Under the pieces are notes generated by a model, which searched no databases, was not told the origin of the DNA, and was given only the letters and a program-made list of their open reading frames with translations. DNA of 64,000 nucleotides from Octopus sinensis (Eukaryota): the NCBI RefSeq assembly GCF_006345805.1, contig NC_043005.1, forward strand, positions 28,458,001-28,522,000. The letters are read 5' to 3'. Both the position numbers and the translations under genes were made by a program. Below are positions 1 to 11,160 of this stretch, one piece after another; position 1 is the first letter of the stretch; the number at the start of each line of letters is the position of its first letter.

Positions 1-399
1 GCTTTCACATTTTGATATCCATGAGACAAATGTAATATCCTTCTGAAGAAAACAGAATATGGGGAGAAATTCTCTGGATTGAGCACGGGTAGGGTTTATG
101 GCAGTGTCTGCTGTAGTTTCAGGACAAAGGGCTCAGCCAAGACACAAGCTGCAATAGTGAGACATACTTCTGCATATGCACTGGTGCTCCAGTACTTAGG
201 GCTGAAATATACTAAGATGACTGTCAAGTACATTAGTAATGAGACTGACCCCTGATTGGATGTCAGCTTTGTATCATAATATCAGTGGCTAGTTAGTGCA
301 GAGGTAGTGGGGAGAGATATGTGGTCAGGGTTGGTGTAGCAGATGGATTTACAGGTTCTAAAACCTATGAAAGTCATCGGTCTATATCAGTTGTAGTTG

Positions 400-535
400 A
401 AATTTACAGAAAAACAAAAGACGAAAACGGGAGTATAAACAACAAGCAGGGAAAGTGAGAAAGTCTTTTATGTTTTGAATCTATGCTCTTCAGCAGAAAG
501 GAACATGAGGAAATAAACAGGGAGAAAATAAAAAG
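400..535 (-). repeat. PLE 3'-terminal repeat copy (degenerate)
   Basis: Minus strand ctttctgctgaagagcatagattcaaaacataaaagactttctcactttccc. Confidence 0.65.
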
Positions 536-1107
536 CAAGAGAGTAAACAGAGAGAGAATAAACAGAGAGGGAATTAAAAAAACTTGTGGATTTAGCAATC
601 AGTCATGGTGACTATATCAGTTGTACCCAAGTGAGGGTAGAAAGACAAAGGGCATGAAACTGAAATATGGGGAGAAATTCTTCGGATTGAGCAGAGGTCA
701 GGTTTATGGCAGTGTCTGCTGTACTTTCAGGACCAAAGTCTTAGCCAAAACTTAGGCTGAAATAGTGAAACATATCTCTACCTCACTAGAAAGGTTAGGA
801 AAACGAAGGGAAATGAAAGCAGTGGAGAGGAACAGCAAGACAACATCAAAATCAGCAAATCCCAGTTTCCAATATAGCACAGTCGCAACTCCATTAATGG
901 TGAAGATACACTGTCCCTTAACTGTAGCAACCAACAGCACTATGATTCCATCATTCTGGGTTCAATTCCTACTGAGATCACCTTTTGTCTGTCAGCTTTT
1001 CAGGGTCAATGGATTAGAACACCACTCAAGACCTGGGGTCAATTTCATTGACTAAATGCCTACCAATAAAATTGCCTGCCTCATAGCTAATCCAAAATCA
1101 ATAATGA

Positions 1108-1316
1108 TAATCCTGTTTACTATAAGCACAAGGCCTGAAATTTTGAGGGGAGGGGCTAGTCACATTAATCCTAGTACTCAATTGGTACTTATTCTATTCA
1201 CCCCAAAAGGACAACAGCAAAGCTAACCTCCATGGAATTTGAACACAGAATGTACAGACAGACAAATGCCACCAACATTTTGTTCCATGCATTAATGATT
1301 CTGCCAGCTCACCACC

Positions 1317-1365
<49 letters not shown>

Positions 1366-1820
1366 TGATAATAGTAATCCTTTCTACTAAAGGCACAAGG
1401 CCTGAAATTTGGGGTGAGGGGACTAGTTACTTACATCAACCTCAGTGTTTCACTGGTACTTCATTTATTGATCCTGAAAGGAATTTGAACTCAGAACATA
1501 AAAGACAGATGAAATACCGCTAAGCATTTTGCCTGGCATGCCAAAAATTTCAGGCCTTGTGCCTATAGTAGAAAAGAGAATAATAATAATAATAATAATG
1601 GTTTCAAATTTTGCCTCAAGGGCAGCCATTTTTGTGGTAGGTGGATGAGTTGACAACATTGACAGCCAGTGTTCAACTGGTACCTTTTTTTTATCGACCC
1701 CGAAAGGATGAAAGGCAAAACTGACCTCGTCAGAATTTGAATTCAGAACGTAGCAGCAGACGAAATACCACTAAGCATATCACCCAGCATGCTAATGATT
1801 CTACCAGCTCACTGCCTTAA
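1108..1820 (-). mobile_element. Cluster of three SINE family A copies separated by (AAT)n
   Basis: Repeated gagctggcagaatc..ttctgagttcaaattcc..ctttcatcctttcggggtcgataaa..agtaccag; B-box-like GTTCAAATTCC. The central block resembles, from memory, the molluscan Meta/MESC SINE domain. Confidence 0.8.
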
Positions 1821-1842
1821 TAATAACAACAACAACAACAAC

Positions 1843-1875
<33 letters not shown>

Positions 1876-2560
1876 CATCATCATTTTTATTATATTTGTT
1901 ATTATTGTCATTATTACTATGATAATTATCGTTATATAATTGAAGGAAGAGAATTGTCCCACACTGGTGAGGCTGATGTATTTAATGTTTCATTTGAAAT
2001 GCTGCTGCTTGATGTCCCACAACTGTATAGAGGCGAGAGAGAGAGGGGAGGCGGAGGAGGGAAGAACTATTGATGGATCCCACAATGGTAAGTAACTGAT
2101 GTAATGAAAAGAGAGAGAGAGCAAACGAAGACAATCATAGAGGAAATAACGACAGTGAATGAATGATGGGGAGGAAAGAGAGAGTGACAGACAGGTAGAA
2201 AAGAAAAGTGAGAGGGATGGAAGAGAAAGGGAAGAGAGAGAGAGAAAGGTGAAGGAAGAGAGTATTGGTGGAAACAACGACAGTGAATACCTGTTCTGGG
2301 GTGAGAGAGTGAGAAAGAGTGGAATTGTGTGTGTGTGTGTGTGCGCATGAAAGAGGGAGGTGGGAGAAGACAGTGTTGGTGGAAACCACAAGTGTGACGT
2401 CAGAGGTTCACCATTGAAAATAATTACTGTGTTGGTTGTAGATCTGATGGTTTGGTTTTGATTTTTTTTGTGTGTGTTCTTTTGTGAAATGTTTATTCAC
2501 TGAAAGGGGATTTCCTCTGTTTTATATACATCTACAATTAATGAACATGTGCTATATATA

Positions 2561-2593
<33 letters not shown>

Positions 2594-2774
2594 CCACTGG
2601 TATTTGAGTACTCTTTTTTCCACCTTGTTTCACATTTATGTGTTTACTCCGGTATATATATATATATATATATAATATATATATATATAATATATATATA
2701 TTATATATATATATATGTATGTATTTATGTATATATTTATGTATGTGTACATACATGTGGTGTGTGTTGGATGT

Positions 2775-3157
2775 GCAGGTATATAGCTGTGTAGTAGGAA
2801 GTTTGCTTCCCAACTACATGGTTCTGGGTTCAGTCCCACTGCATACCACCTTGGTTAAGTGTCTTCTTCTAGAGATTTGAGCCAACCAAAGCCTTGTAAG
2901 TGGATTTGTATGTGGAAACTGAAAGAAACCTGTCATATAGGTGTGTTTGTGTGTGTGGGTTTCCTTGTCTTGAAATCACATAATAGTTGTAAATGAGTGT
3001 CATTGTCATACAAGCAGTGTCATTCATTTCCAATATTTGGTGAAAACATATTTGGCCTTGGGGAAGTATTCCTTTGCTTAGAGACAGATAAATCTATCTT
3101 AATAAACTCTGTCTGACCATGCAGTCATGGATATATGGATGTTAAATTGATGATGAT
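2775..3157 (+). mobile_element. SINE family B with RTE-type tail
   Basis: tRNA-like head gctgtgtagtaggaagtttgcttcccaactacatggttctgggttcagtccc; tail ..catgga..gttaaa(TGA)n. Confidence 0.8.
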
Positions 3158-3829
3158 CACACACACACACACTCACACACACACACACACACACACACAC
3201 AACACACACACACACACACACACCTGGGATGTGCCACATGGGTAGCAGTGCCTACCCTGCATAAAATACCCCTGCCTTTCAATCTCAGTATTAAAGCTAC
3301 ACATAGAACTGCTGTAGTACACATGCTGCATACATTCCTACAACAACGTTTTCTGTATGTGCTATAAAGGCAGAAGTAAATCTGCCTTCAACTCAGTCGC
3401 ATGCCTGTGTTTCGCTTATTTTTTTGTGTGTTTTACTACATAAACGTCACCAATTGCCTACCCTGAATAATTACTCACAGCACATGCCTGATATATACAT
3501 ATCAATGTATATATATATATATATTGTGCTCTTCTTACAGCATTCAGAGTCTTTAACTCTTATTTCTAGCAATTTACGTACTTTGGCATCCTTAGTCCCA
3601 TTCATTTGGAGATGATAAAATTTTTCCTTTATTGTATTATATTGCACCTAGTTGTTTATAATAATTTCTTCATTGATGTCTGAGATTCCCCAGAGATGGC
3701 AACACTGAATGAACTGGGTGTTTTCATACCTTCTTAACATAAGAGAGATCTTTTTCTCCATGGTAACTGCAGTGAATTTGCCTTTAGTAGTTGAAATATG
3801 TAACAAACATATTTCAACTAACCTAACTT

Positions 3830-3883
<54 letters not shown>

Positions 3884-4158
3884 CATTATAGTGGGGTAAG
3901 CCAGTTTATGGGGAGATGCAGGGTATTCCCATAAACCAGCCTATCCCACTATAATATTAAGTGCTCAATATCTTAGAGTGTGCTTCTCCTCCGGGTTTAT
4001 GTATTTCTACAAATGAGCCTATATGTATATGAAAAGACAGACATTAAATGTATGAACATATAAATATATAAATCTATCTGCTCAACCCCATATATAAGAT
4101 ATAGATGAGAAATGAGAAAATAGATGTTTCTTCCATTTGTTGACAACTGTTTCGTAAT

Positions 4159-4345
4159 ACAGTTCTATATTTAGATATGAGGAATTATGTACATTATTTA
4201 CATTATTTACATTTGATGCATATTTGTCCTCATCTTTGTCCTTAACGCAATGTTTCGGCCAATATACCCTCCAGCCTTCATCAGGTGTCTTGGGGAAATT
4301 TCGAACCTGGGTTCCCATGCCTAAGGTATTTTTTCATGTTATCAT
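4159..4345 (-). repeat. PLE-type terminal repeat with minimal hammerhead motif (left, inverted copy)
   Basis: Minus strand gacacCTGATGAaggctggagggtatattggccGAAAcattgcgtt; inverted copy of 4530-4687. Confidence 0.7.
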
Positions 4346-4490
4346 AATAATAATAATAATAAACCATGTCGCGCACATATGGTTGTGATGCATGTGCCTA
4401 GTGTACCCTTATCAGACGGGTAGTCATGATGGGTATACTGGGCTTCATATATTTTATCCAGTTTGATGGCATGCACTGCTCTCTCACTCA

Positions 4491-4523
<33 letters not shown>

Positions 4524-4529
4524 TAATAG

Positions 4530-4687
4530 TATCGAAAAATACCTTAGGAATGAGAACCCAGGTTCAAAATTTCCCCAAGACACCTGATGAAGGCTGGAGG
4601 GTATATCCGCCAAAACATTGTGTTAACAACAAACAAGATGAGGAAAAAATCTGTCAAATGTAAATAATGTAAATAATGTAAATAATG
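4530..4687 (+). repeat. PLE-type terminal repeat with minimal hammerhead motif (right copy)
   Basis: gacacCTGATGAaggctggagggtatatccgccaAAAcattgtgtt; short (GTAAATAAT)n tail. Confidence 0.7.
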
Positions 4688-5019
4688 AACTGTTTCGTAA
4701 TCTATATTACTTACACAAGCAACACCATATCTGCCACACATATATAACTAAATATACATGTAGAAACATATATATCTATAAATATGATTGTGATGTAACC
4801 ACACATCAGAACATTTCATAGCAGGTCAAACACCAAATTCTACTCTCTCATTTCTCTTAAATTCTCAGTCTTTTATTCATCCTGTCTCCCATTGCAATTC
4901 TCAGATTTTCAGAACAATCGTGAGATTATATCCTTGCTTTAACCACTATTTTTCTCAACAGCCATGCACCAGGTGAGAACATATAGCAAGCATTTTTTTG
5001 ATTCTTTGAACTCATATTA

Positions 5020-5730
5020 GATGTGGCTGTGTGGTAAGTAGCTTGTTATCAACCACATGGTTCGAGGTTCAGTTGCACTGCAAGACACCTTGGGCAAGTG
5101 TCTTCTACTATTGTTTGTTCCTTCTCGAGCAATGCCTGGCTCATACAGGCTGGTTTCCTGGTTTCCTTGGTGTATAGGTTCCCCACATGGATGGGACGCC
5201 GGTCCGTCGCAGGTAAGCTGCAAGTTGCAGGAGGAAAGAGTGGGAGAAATTTGTGGCGAAAGAGTCAGCAGAAGTTCGCCATTACCTTCTGCCGGAGCTG
5301 CGTGGAGCTTAGGTGTTTTGGTCTGAGATTCGAACCCGCAATCCCTCGACTGCGAGTCCACTGCTCTAACCACTAGGCCATGTACCTCCACGTCTACTAC
5401 TATTGCCTTGGGCTGACCAAACCCTTGTGAGTGGATTTGGTAGATGGAAACTGAAAGAAGCCCATAGTTCCCTCATTTTAGATGTGTGTGTGTGTATGTG
5501 TGTCTTTGTGTCTGTGTTTGTCCCCCACTACAGCTTGACAACTGGTGTTGGTGTGTTTATATCCCCGTAACCTAGCAGTTTGGTAAAGAACTTTGATAGA
5601 ATAAGTATCAGGCTTAAATTAAAAGGTACCAGGGTCAAGTTGTTTGACTAAAAAATTCTTCAAAGTGGTACCCCAGCATGGCTGCAGTTTAATGACTGAA
5701 ACAAGTGAAAGATAAAAGATGAAAGATTGA
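5020..5730 (+). mobile_element. SINE family B with CR1-type tail, interrupted by a nested SINE
   Basis: Head at 5020; resumes at 5392; ends ggtaccccagcatggctgcagtttaatgactgaaac. Confidence 0.82.
5114..5391 (-). mobile_element. tRNA-derived SINE family D nested in SINE B, 14-bp TSD
   Basis: Head gtggaggtacaTGGCCTAGTGGttagagcagtggactcgcagtcgagggattgcgGGTTCGAATCtc (A and B boxes); TSD gtcttctactattg (5100-5113) / gtctactactattg (5392-5405). Confidence 0.85.
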
Positions 5731-5801
5731 AATATGTGTGTATGTGTGTGTGTGTGTGTGTGTGAGTGTATATACAATATATATATATATAAGTATATAT
5801 A

Positions 5802-5871
<70 letters not shown>

Positions 5872-5924
5872 ATATATATATAAGTATATAATAATACATA
5901 CATATATATATAAGTATATATATA

Positions 5925-5959
<35 letters not shown>

Positions 5960-6014
5960 AGTATATATATAATACATACATAAATATATATATATATATA
6001 TATTCTTTTTTCCT

Positions 6015-6165
6015 TTATTTCTTTCAGTTTTTGTCTACTAAATCCACTCACAAGGCTTTGGCCGGCCCAAGGCTATAGTAGAAGACACTTGTCCAAGGCG
6101 CCACACAATGGGACTGAACCCAGAACCATGTGGTTGGTAAGCAAGTTACTTACCACACAGCCCCT
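6015..6165 (-). mobile_element. SINE family B head
   Basis: Reverse complement of the family B head/core. Confidence 0.8.
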
Positions 6166-6173
6166 CCTTTGCT

Positions 6174-6234
<61 letters not shown>

Positions 6235-6411
6235 GTGCACACACACACACATATATATGGTGGAGTGCCTGTACATTAGTGTATTTGTATGAGTAATAAA
6301 ATCACTTGGAAAAACAAAAACACTAAAATTGCTGATTTGCATATGTCCTTTTGTAGGAAAGTCTAGGAGAAGGCTCTTTGATACACACTTGCGCACACGA
6401 CTGCACACATG

Positions 6412-6443
<32 letters not shown>

Positions 6444-7019
6444 TACACACAAATATTTGCGGTTGAATTTGTTTCCGGACATGTTGTCTGTCACTGGATA
6501 TTTAGATGTTTAACTATGAACACTCAGGGAGTGGCATATGTGTCATGCAAGCATATGTCATTGTAATCCAATGATGTGTAAATGTCTAACTCCATCTTCT
6601 TGGTCACATTGTCTCTGAAGAGTCATCTGAGAAAGCATGGCTGTACGACAGAGGGCATTTAGCTGAGATTGTATGGGCCATGACTAATGAGACAAGATGA
6701 ATCAATTAATTACATACATGCATACATACAATGCGGCCCTGCGGTCCAGTAGCTCATAGGATCTTGTCAAAGTGTCCAACCCATGCTAACATGGAAAACA
6801 AATGTTGAATAAGGAGGGTAATAGTGATGATGATGATGATGATGATGTATATTTATTAATATATATGTGTATGTATATACATGTATATCATCATCATCAT
6901 CACTATTACCCTCCTTATTCAACATTTGTCTTCCATGTTAGCATGGGTTGGACACTTTATATATATATATATATATACATACATACATATATGTATATAT
7001 ATGTATATATATATGTATG

Positions 7020-7212
7020 TATCGCTGTGCCGGTGGCATGTAAAAAATACCCACTACACTCATGGAGTGGTTGGCATTAGGAAGGGCATCCAGCTGTAGA
7101 AACACTGCCAAATCAGACTAGAGCCTGGTGCAGCCTCCATGGCTTCCAGACCCTGGTCAAACTGTCCAACCCATGCTAGCATGGAAAACGGACGTTAAAT
7201 GATGATGATGAT
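7020..7212 (+). mobile_element. RTE 3'UTR fragment
   Basis: gtgccggtggcatgtaaaaa..ggcattaggaagggcatccagctgtagaaac..catgctagcatggaaaacggacgttaaa(TGA)n, as in 42540-42731. Confidence 0.85.
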
Positions 7213-7213
7213 G

Positions 7214-7269
<56 letters not shown>

Positions 7270-7578
7270 ATAGATAGATAGATAGATATACATACATACA
7301 CACATACATACATACATGCATAAATACATAATCATACATGTATATATGTATACGTTTATACACACTCACACACACACATATATATAGAGAGAGACATTAT
7401 AGATGTATTTGCACATAATTACATGTATTATATACATAGATCCATTCATATTTTAATATAATCTGAGTAAATATGTACAGATGGATATATATGTATATAT
7501 ATATATATATACTCACACACACACTCACACACATATGTATGTGTGTGTTTATCTATATCTCTCTCTCCCCCCTCCTTT

Positions 7579-7663
<85 letters not shown>

Positions 7664-7664
7664 A

Positions 7665-8066
7665 TAGAGTGTATCAGTTTTTGAGGTCACTTGTATGAAT
7701 TTAGAAAAAGACACAATGCTTAAGAAAAAAGCTCTATTTGAGAACAAATTGGTACAAATAATCTTGAGAATCACATTATTAAACCTATTTAATGAATCCA
7801 TTGTTAGCATCAATGGCTGCTTCAATATGGTATCAGAAGTGTTGACATGCCCATCTTTATCAATTTTGCACACAGTGCTGGTTATGGCGGACTTGAGAAA
7901 TTGTATGGTGTTATGGGGTGGTATTGATTGTCCTCTCTCTTGACTATGCTTCATATGTAATAATCCAGTGGATTGGGGGCTAGTGAGCTAGGAGGTTGTG
8001 TGTCTGGGAGAACATGGTCATGGAGATTGGCATGCATCCATACTTGAATTGTCTAAGCTTTATGCA
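7665..8066 (-). mobile_element. Tc1/mariner (maT/DD37D-like) transposase C-terminal remnant with probable right end
   Basis: Minus strand with stops/frameshifts: HKA*TIQVWMHANLHDHVLPDTQPPSSLAPNPLDYYI*SIVKRE..PHNTIQFLKSAI..YHIEAAIDANNGFIK*, matching the WPPSSPDLNPLDY..RIEAVIxAxGGFIE consensus. Confidence 0.72.
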
Positions 8067-8800
8067 TTCTTTTTGGAGTGGTTATCTCCTCTTCACTACC
8101 AAAAACCGAAAGGTTGACACTGTAAACTGATAAGAGAGACTGGTTTCTCTTATTACATTCCCATCAATGTACTATGACTGTTTGTGCTAGTTGGTAGCTC
8201 ACCATAAATAAAATATGAAAGAAAAGTACTAAATAATGATGTGTATAAATGCAACCTTGTTAACAGTTTGAATATGTTTGAAGCATATTTGAATCCTTAA
8301 GTCATTCCCTGTATTTTGTCATGGAGAAAATTTCTTGCTGTAGACAGAATGGTGGATGTATGCATTTCAGAGTGGTTACCTACTCTTCAGTACCAGAAAC
8401 TGGAAAGGCAAAATCTGCAAGCTGACAAGAGGCAGATCTCTTTTAATATATTTCCGTCATTGTACTATGACCAGTTGCATTAGTCAGCAGCTCGCTATAA
8501 CTAAAATACAGAATGAAAGCAATTGTAATAAGAGAGCGAAGTCTCACTTGTCAGTCCATGGCATCTGCCTTTCTGGTTTCTGGTGCTGAAGACAAAATAA
8601 TCACCCCAAAATGCATATATCCACCTGTCTGATTAGGAGGTGCTGCAAACTGATTTGGTGTGTTTACACCTATCTTTTTATAGCAAGAAATTTTCTCCAT
8701 GACAAAATACAGTAAATGAATTTCTTATGAGTTCAAATATACCTCAAGCATATTTGGACTGGTAACAAAGTTGTATTTATACACATCCCTGCTTATTGTT
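8060..8800. repeat. Two tandem plus one inverted copy of a ~300-bp repeat with degenerate hammerhead motifs
   Basis: 8060-8220 is similar to 8358-8515; 8228-8450 is the reverse complement of 8520-8787. Confidence 0.75.
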
Positions 8801-9456
8801 TTCATTCCATATTATATGTGTGTGTGTGTGTCTGTTTGGTCTGTTAAGACTTTCCATTTTTCCTTCACGCCAGCTTACTGCATTCGTCTTATAGTCGAAA
8901 GACCCTTTCTGTTATTTATGCAGTAATTGTACAATTATTTTCCTTTTGTTGTATAGCCGAAAGGTGTTTGTCCATTGTATAAGTATAAGTCTTTTTCTGT
9001 TGCACTCGCACTCTTATTTCATAACATTACATCCGACCAATAGTCAAAAGACCCAAACTGTTATTTATTTATTTATATTTGTAAATGTACAATTATTTTC
9101 CTTCTGTTGCATAGCTGAAAGGCGTTCGTCAGTTGTATGTGTATAATATAATTCTAGCTTTCTTGTTTTGTTTCTGTTCTTGCATGCATTCATTTGCTTT
9201 TCCCAGAGGTTTAATGCTTTTAGCCTAAGTGTCTGGCACTTTCCGGATTCGAGCAGTCTCAGCAATAAAAAAGTGCAAAACTGCAAGGAATTTCTGGACA
9301 CTGACTGAAGAGGAAATCAGCTGCGAATGATCCATGTATCTTGTTTTTGTCCTGTTTACCATTTGTTATGTTATTTTTCTGCATTTTGTGTTTTGTTGGA
9401 TTTCTGCTTGTTGTGTTCTTTCTTTCTTACCCTTGATTTATATATATACACATACA

Positions 9457-9780
9457 GTGAAGGTGTGTGACTTAGTAGTTTGTGATTTCAGCTCATGATC
9501 TTAAGGCCATGAGTTCAATTCCCCCTGGCGTGTTGTGTCCTTGAGCAAGACACTTTATTTCATGTTGCTCCAGTCAGCTCAGTTGGCCAAAATGAGTTGT
9601 ACCAGTAATTCCAAAGAGCCAGCCTTGTCACAGTCTGTGTCATGCTGAATCCTCCCGAGAACTACATTAAGGGTACATGTGTCTGTGGAATACTCAGCCA
9701 CTTGCATGTCAATTTTATGACCAGGCTGTTCCCTTGAATGGATCAACTAGAAACCTTGTTGTTGTAACTGATAGAATGCA
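9457..9780 (+). mobile_element. tRNA-derived SINE family D variant
   Basis: Degenerate tRNA head, gtgttgtgtccttgagcaagacacttta core, then a module shared with 30300-30410. Confidence 0.75.
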
Positions 9781-10065
9781 AGCTTACATACATGTATGTG
9801 TGTGTATGTATATATCGATATATATATATATAACTGAAATAAACATATAATATAGATAATATAATACACACACACTCACACAGTTATATATATACATACA
9901 TACACTTAAGCACATGTACATACACATATACATACACACACATGCACTCACACATGTAGATGATAGTGAAAGAATTGATTATTGTTTGTAGATAAAATAA
10001 AAGAAAAAACACAAGCTTCAACAATTGAGTTGTTTTATCAGCAACAATCTGCTAATCAAGAAGAA

Positions 10066-10096
<31 letters not shown>

Positions 10097-10489
10097 GAAG
10101 AAGAAGAAGAAGAAGAGAAACAACAACAACAATGAGAGCAGCAGCAGTAAAAACAACAGCAACAACAACAATTAGCCATCCTACCACCCTTGCATTGTGT
10201 GTGCAATAGGTGGATGATGTTTGATTGCTAGATACAGTATTTGGGGCATGGCTTTTGTTATTGCTGACTTGTGTGGGAGTTAAGTGTGCCTGACTAGCTT
10301 CCCTTTACAAAATACTTCTCTCTCTTTCTCTCTCTCCCTCCCTCACTCTCTCTCTCTATCTATCTATCTATCATCCTCCCTCTTATCTCTTTGATGGTAT
10401 GTATGTGTGAAGTGAATGTATGGATATATATATATATAGAATTATATATACATATATACATATATATTATTTACATACATACATATATC

Positions 10490-10678
10490 ATGATAGATCG
10501 TTAGCTCCTACACGCATTTTTTTCTCTCCTTGTTTTTTTCCGTGTAATCTTTCTGTTGAAGAGCATAGGCTCGAAACGTAAAGACTTTTTCTATTCCTGA
10601 GCACTATACTAATACATTTGTTTGTTTGTACTCCACCTGCTTTCGTCTTTTGTTTATTTTCATAAACTTTCCCTTTAT
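10490..10678 (+). repeat. PLE 3'-terminal repeat copy (variant hammerhead family)
   Basis: ctttCTGTTGAagagcataggctcGAAACGTAaaga; homologous to 53425-53600. Confidence 0.75.
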
Positions 10679-10704
10679 ATATATATATATATATATATTT
10701 ATAG

Positions 10705-11160
10705 ATACTCTTTTACACCTTTCAGTCATTTGACTGCAGCCAAGCTGGAGCATGGCTTTTCAGTCGAAGAAATCGACCCTGGGACTTATTCCTTGTATTA
10801 TTCTATCAGTCTCTTTCACCGAGCTGCTAAGTTTCGGAGACATAAACACACCAATATCAGTTGTCAAGCAATGGTGGGGAGACAAGCACAGACACAAAGA
10901 CACACACACACATGTATATATAACATATATATGGTGCCCCAGCATGGCCACACCTCGTGAGCTGAAACTAGATAAAATAAAATTTAAAAAAAAATATATC
11001 CAACAGACTTTCAGTTTCCATCGAACAAATCCACTCACAAGGTTTTGGTTGACCCAAGGCTATAGTAGAAGACACTTGCCCAAGGTTTCTTGCAATGGGA
11101 CTGAGCCCGGAACCATGTGGTTGGGAAGCAAGCTTCTTACCACACAGCCACGCCTGTGCC
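10705..11160 (-). mobile_element. SINE family B with CR1-type tail; contains a 50-bp CR1 3' end (10932-10982, +)
   Basis: Family B consensus; insert tggtgccccagcatggccacacctcgtgagctgaaactagataaaataaaa. Confidence 0.8.

Noticed and set aside
2395-2402. CRE palindrome TGACGTCA
   Set aside because: A single 8-mer is expected by chance in a window of this size; no linked promoter evidence.
5320-5391. Bona fide tRNA gene
   Set aside because: A/B boxes are present, but no acceptor stem is completed and the sequence continues into a SINE body with a TSD.
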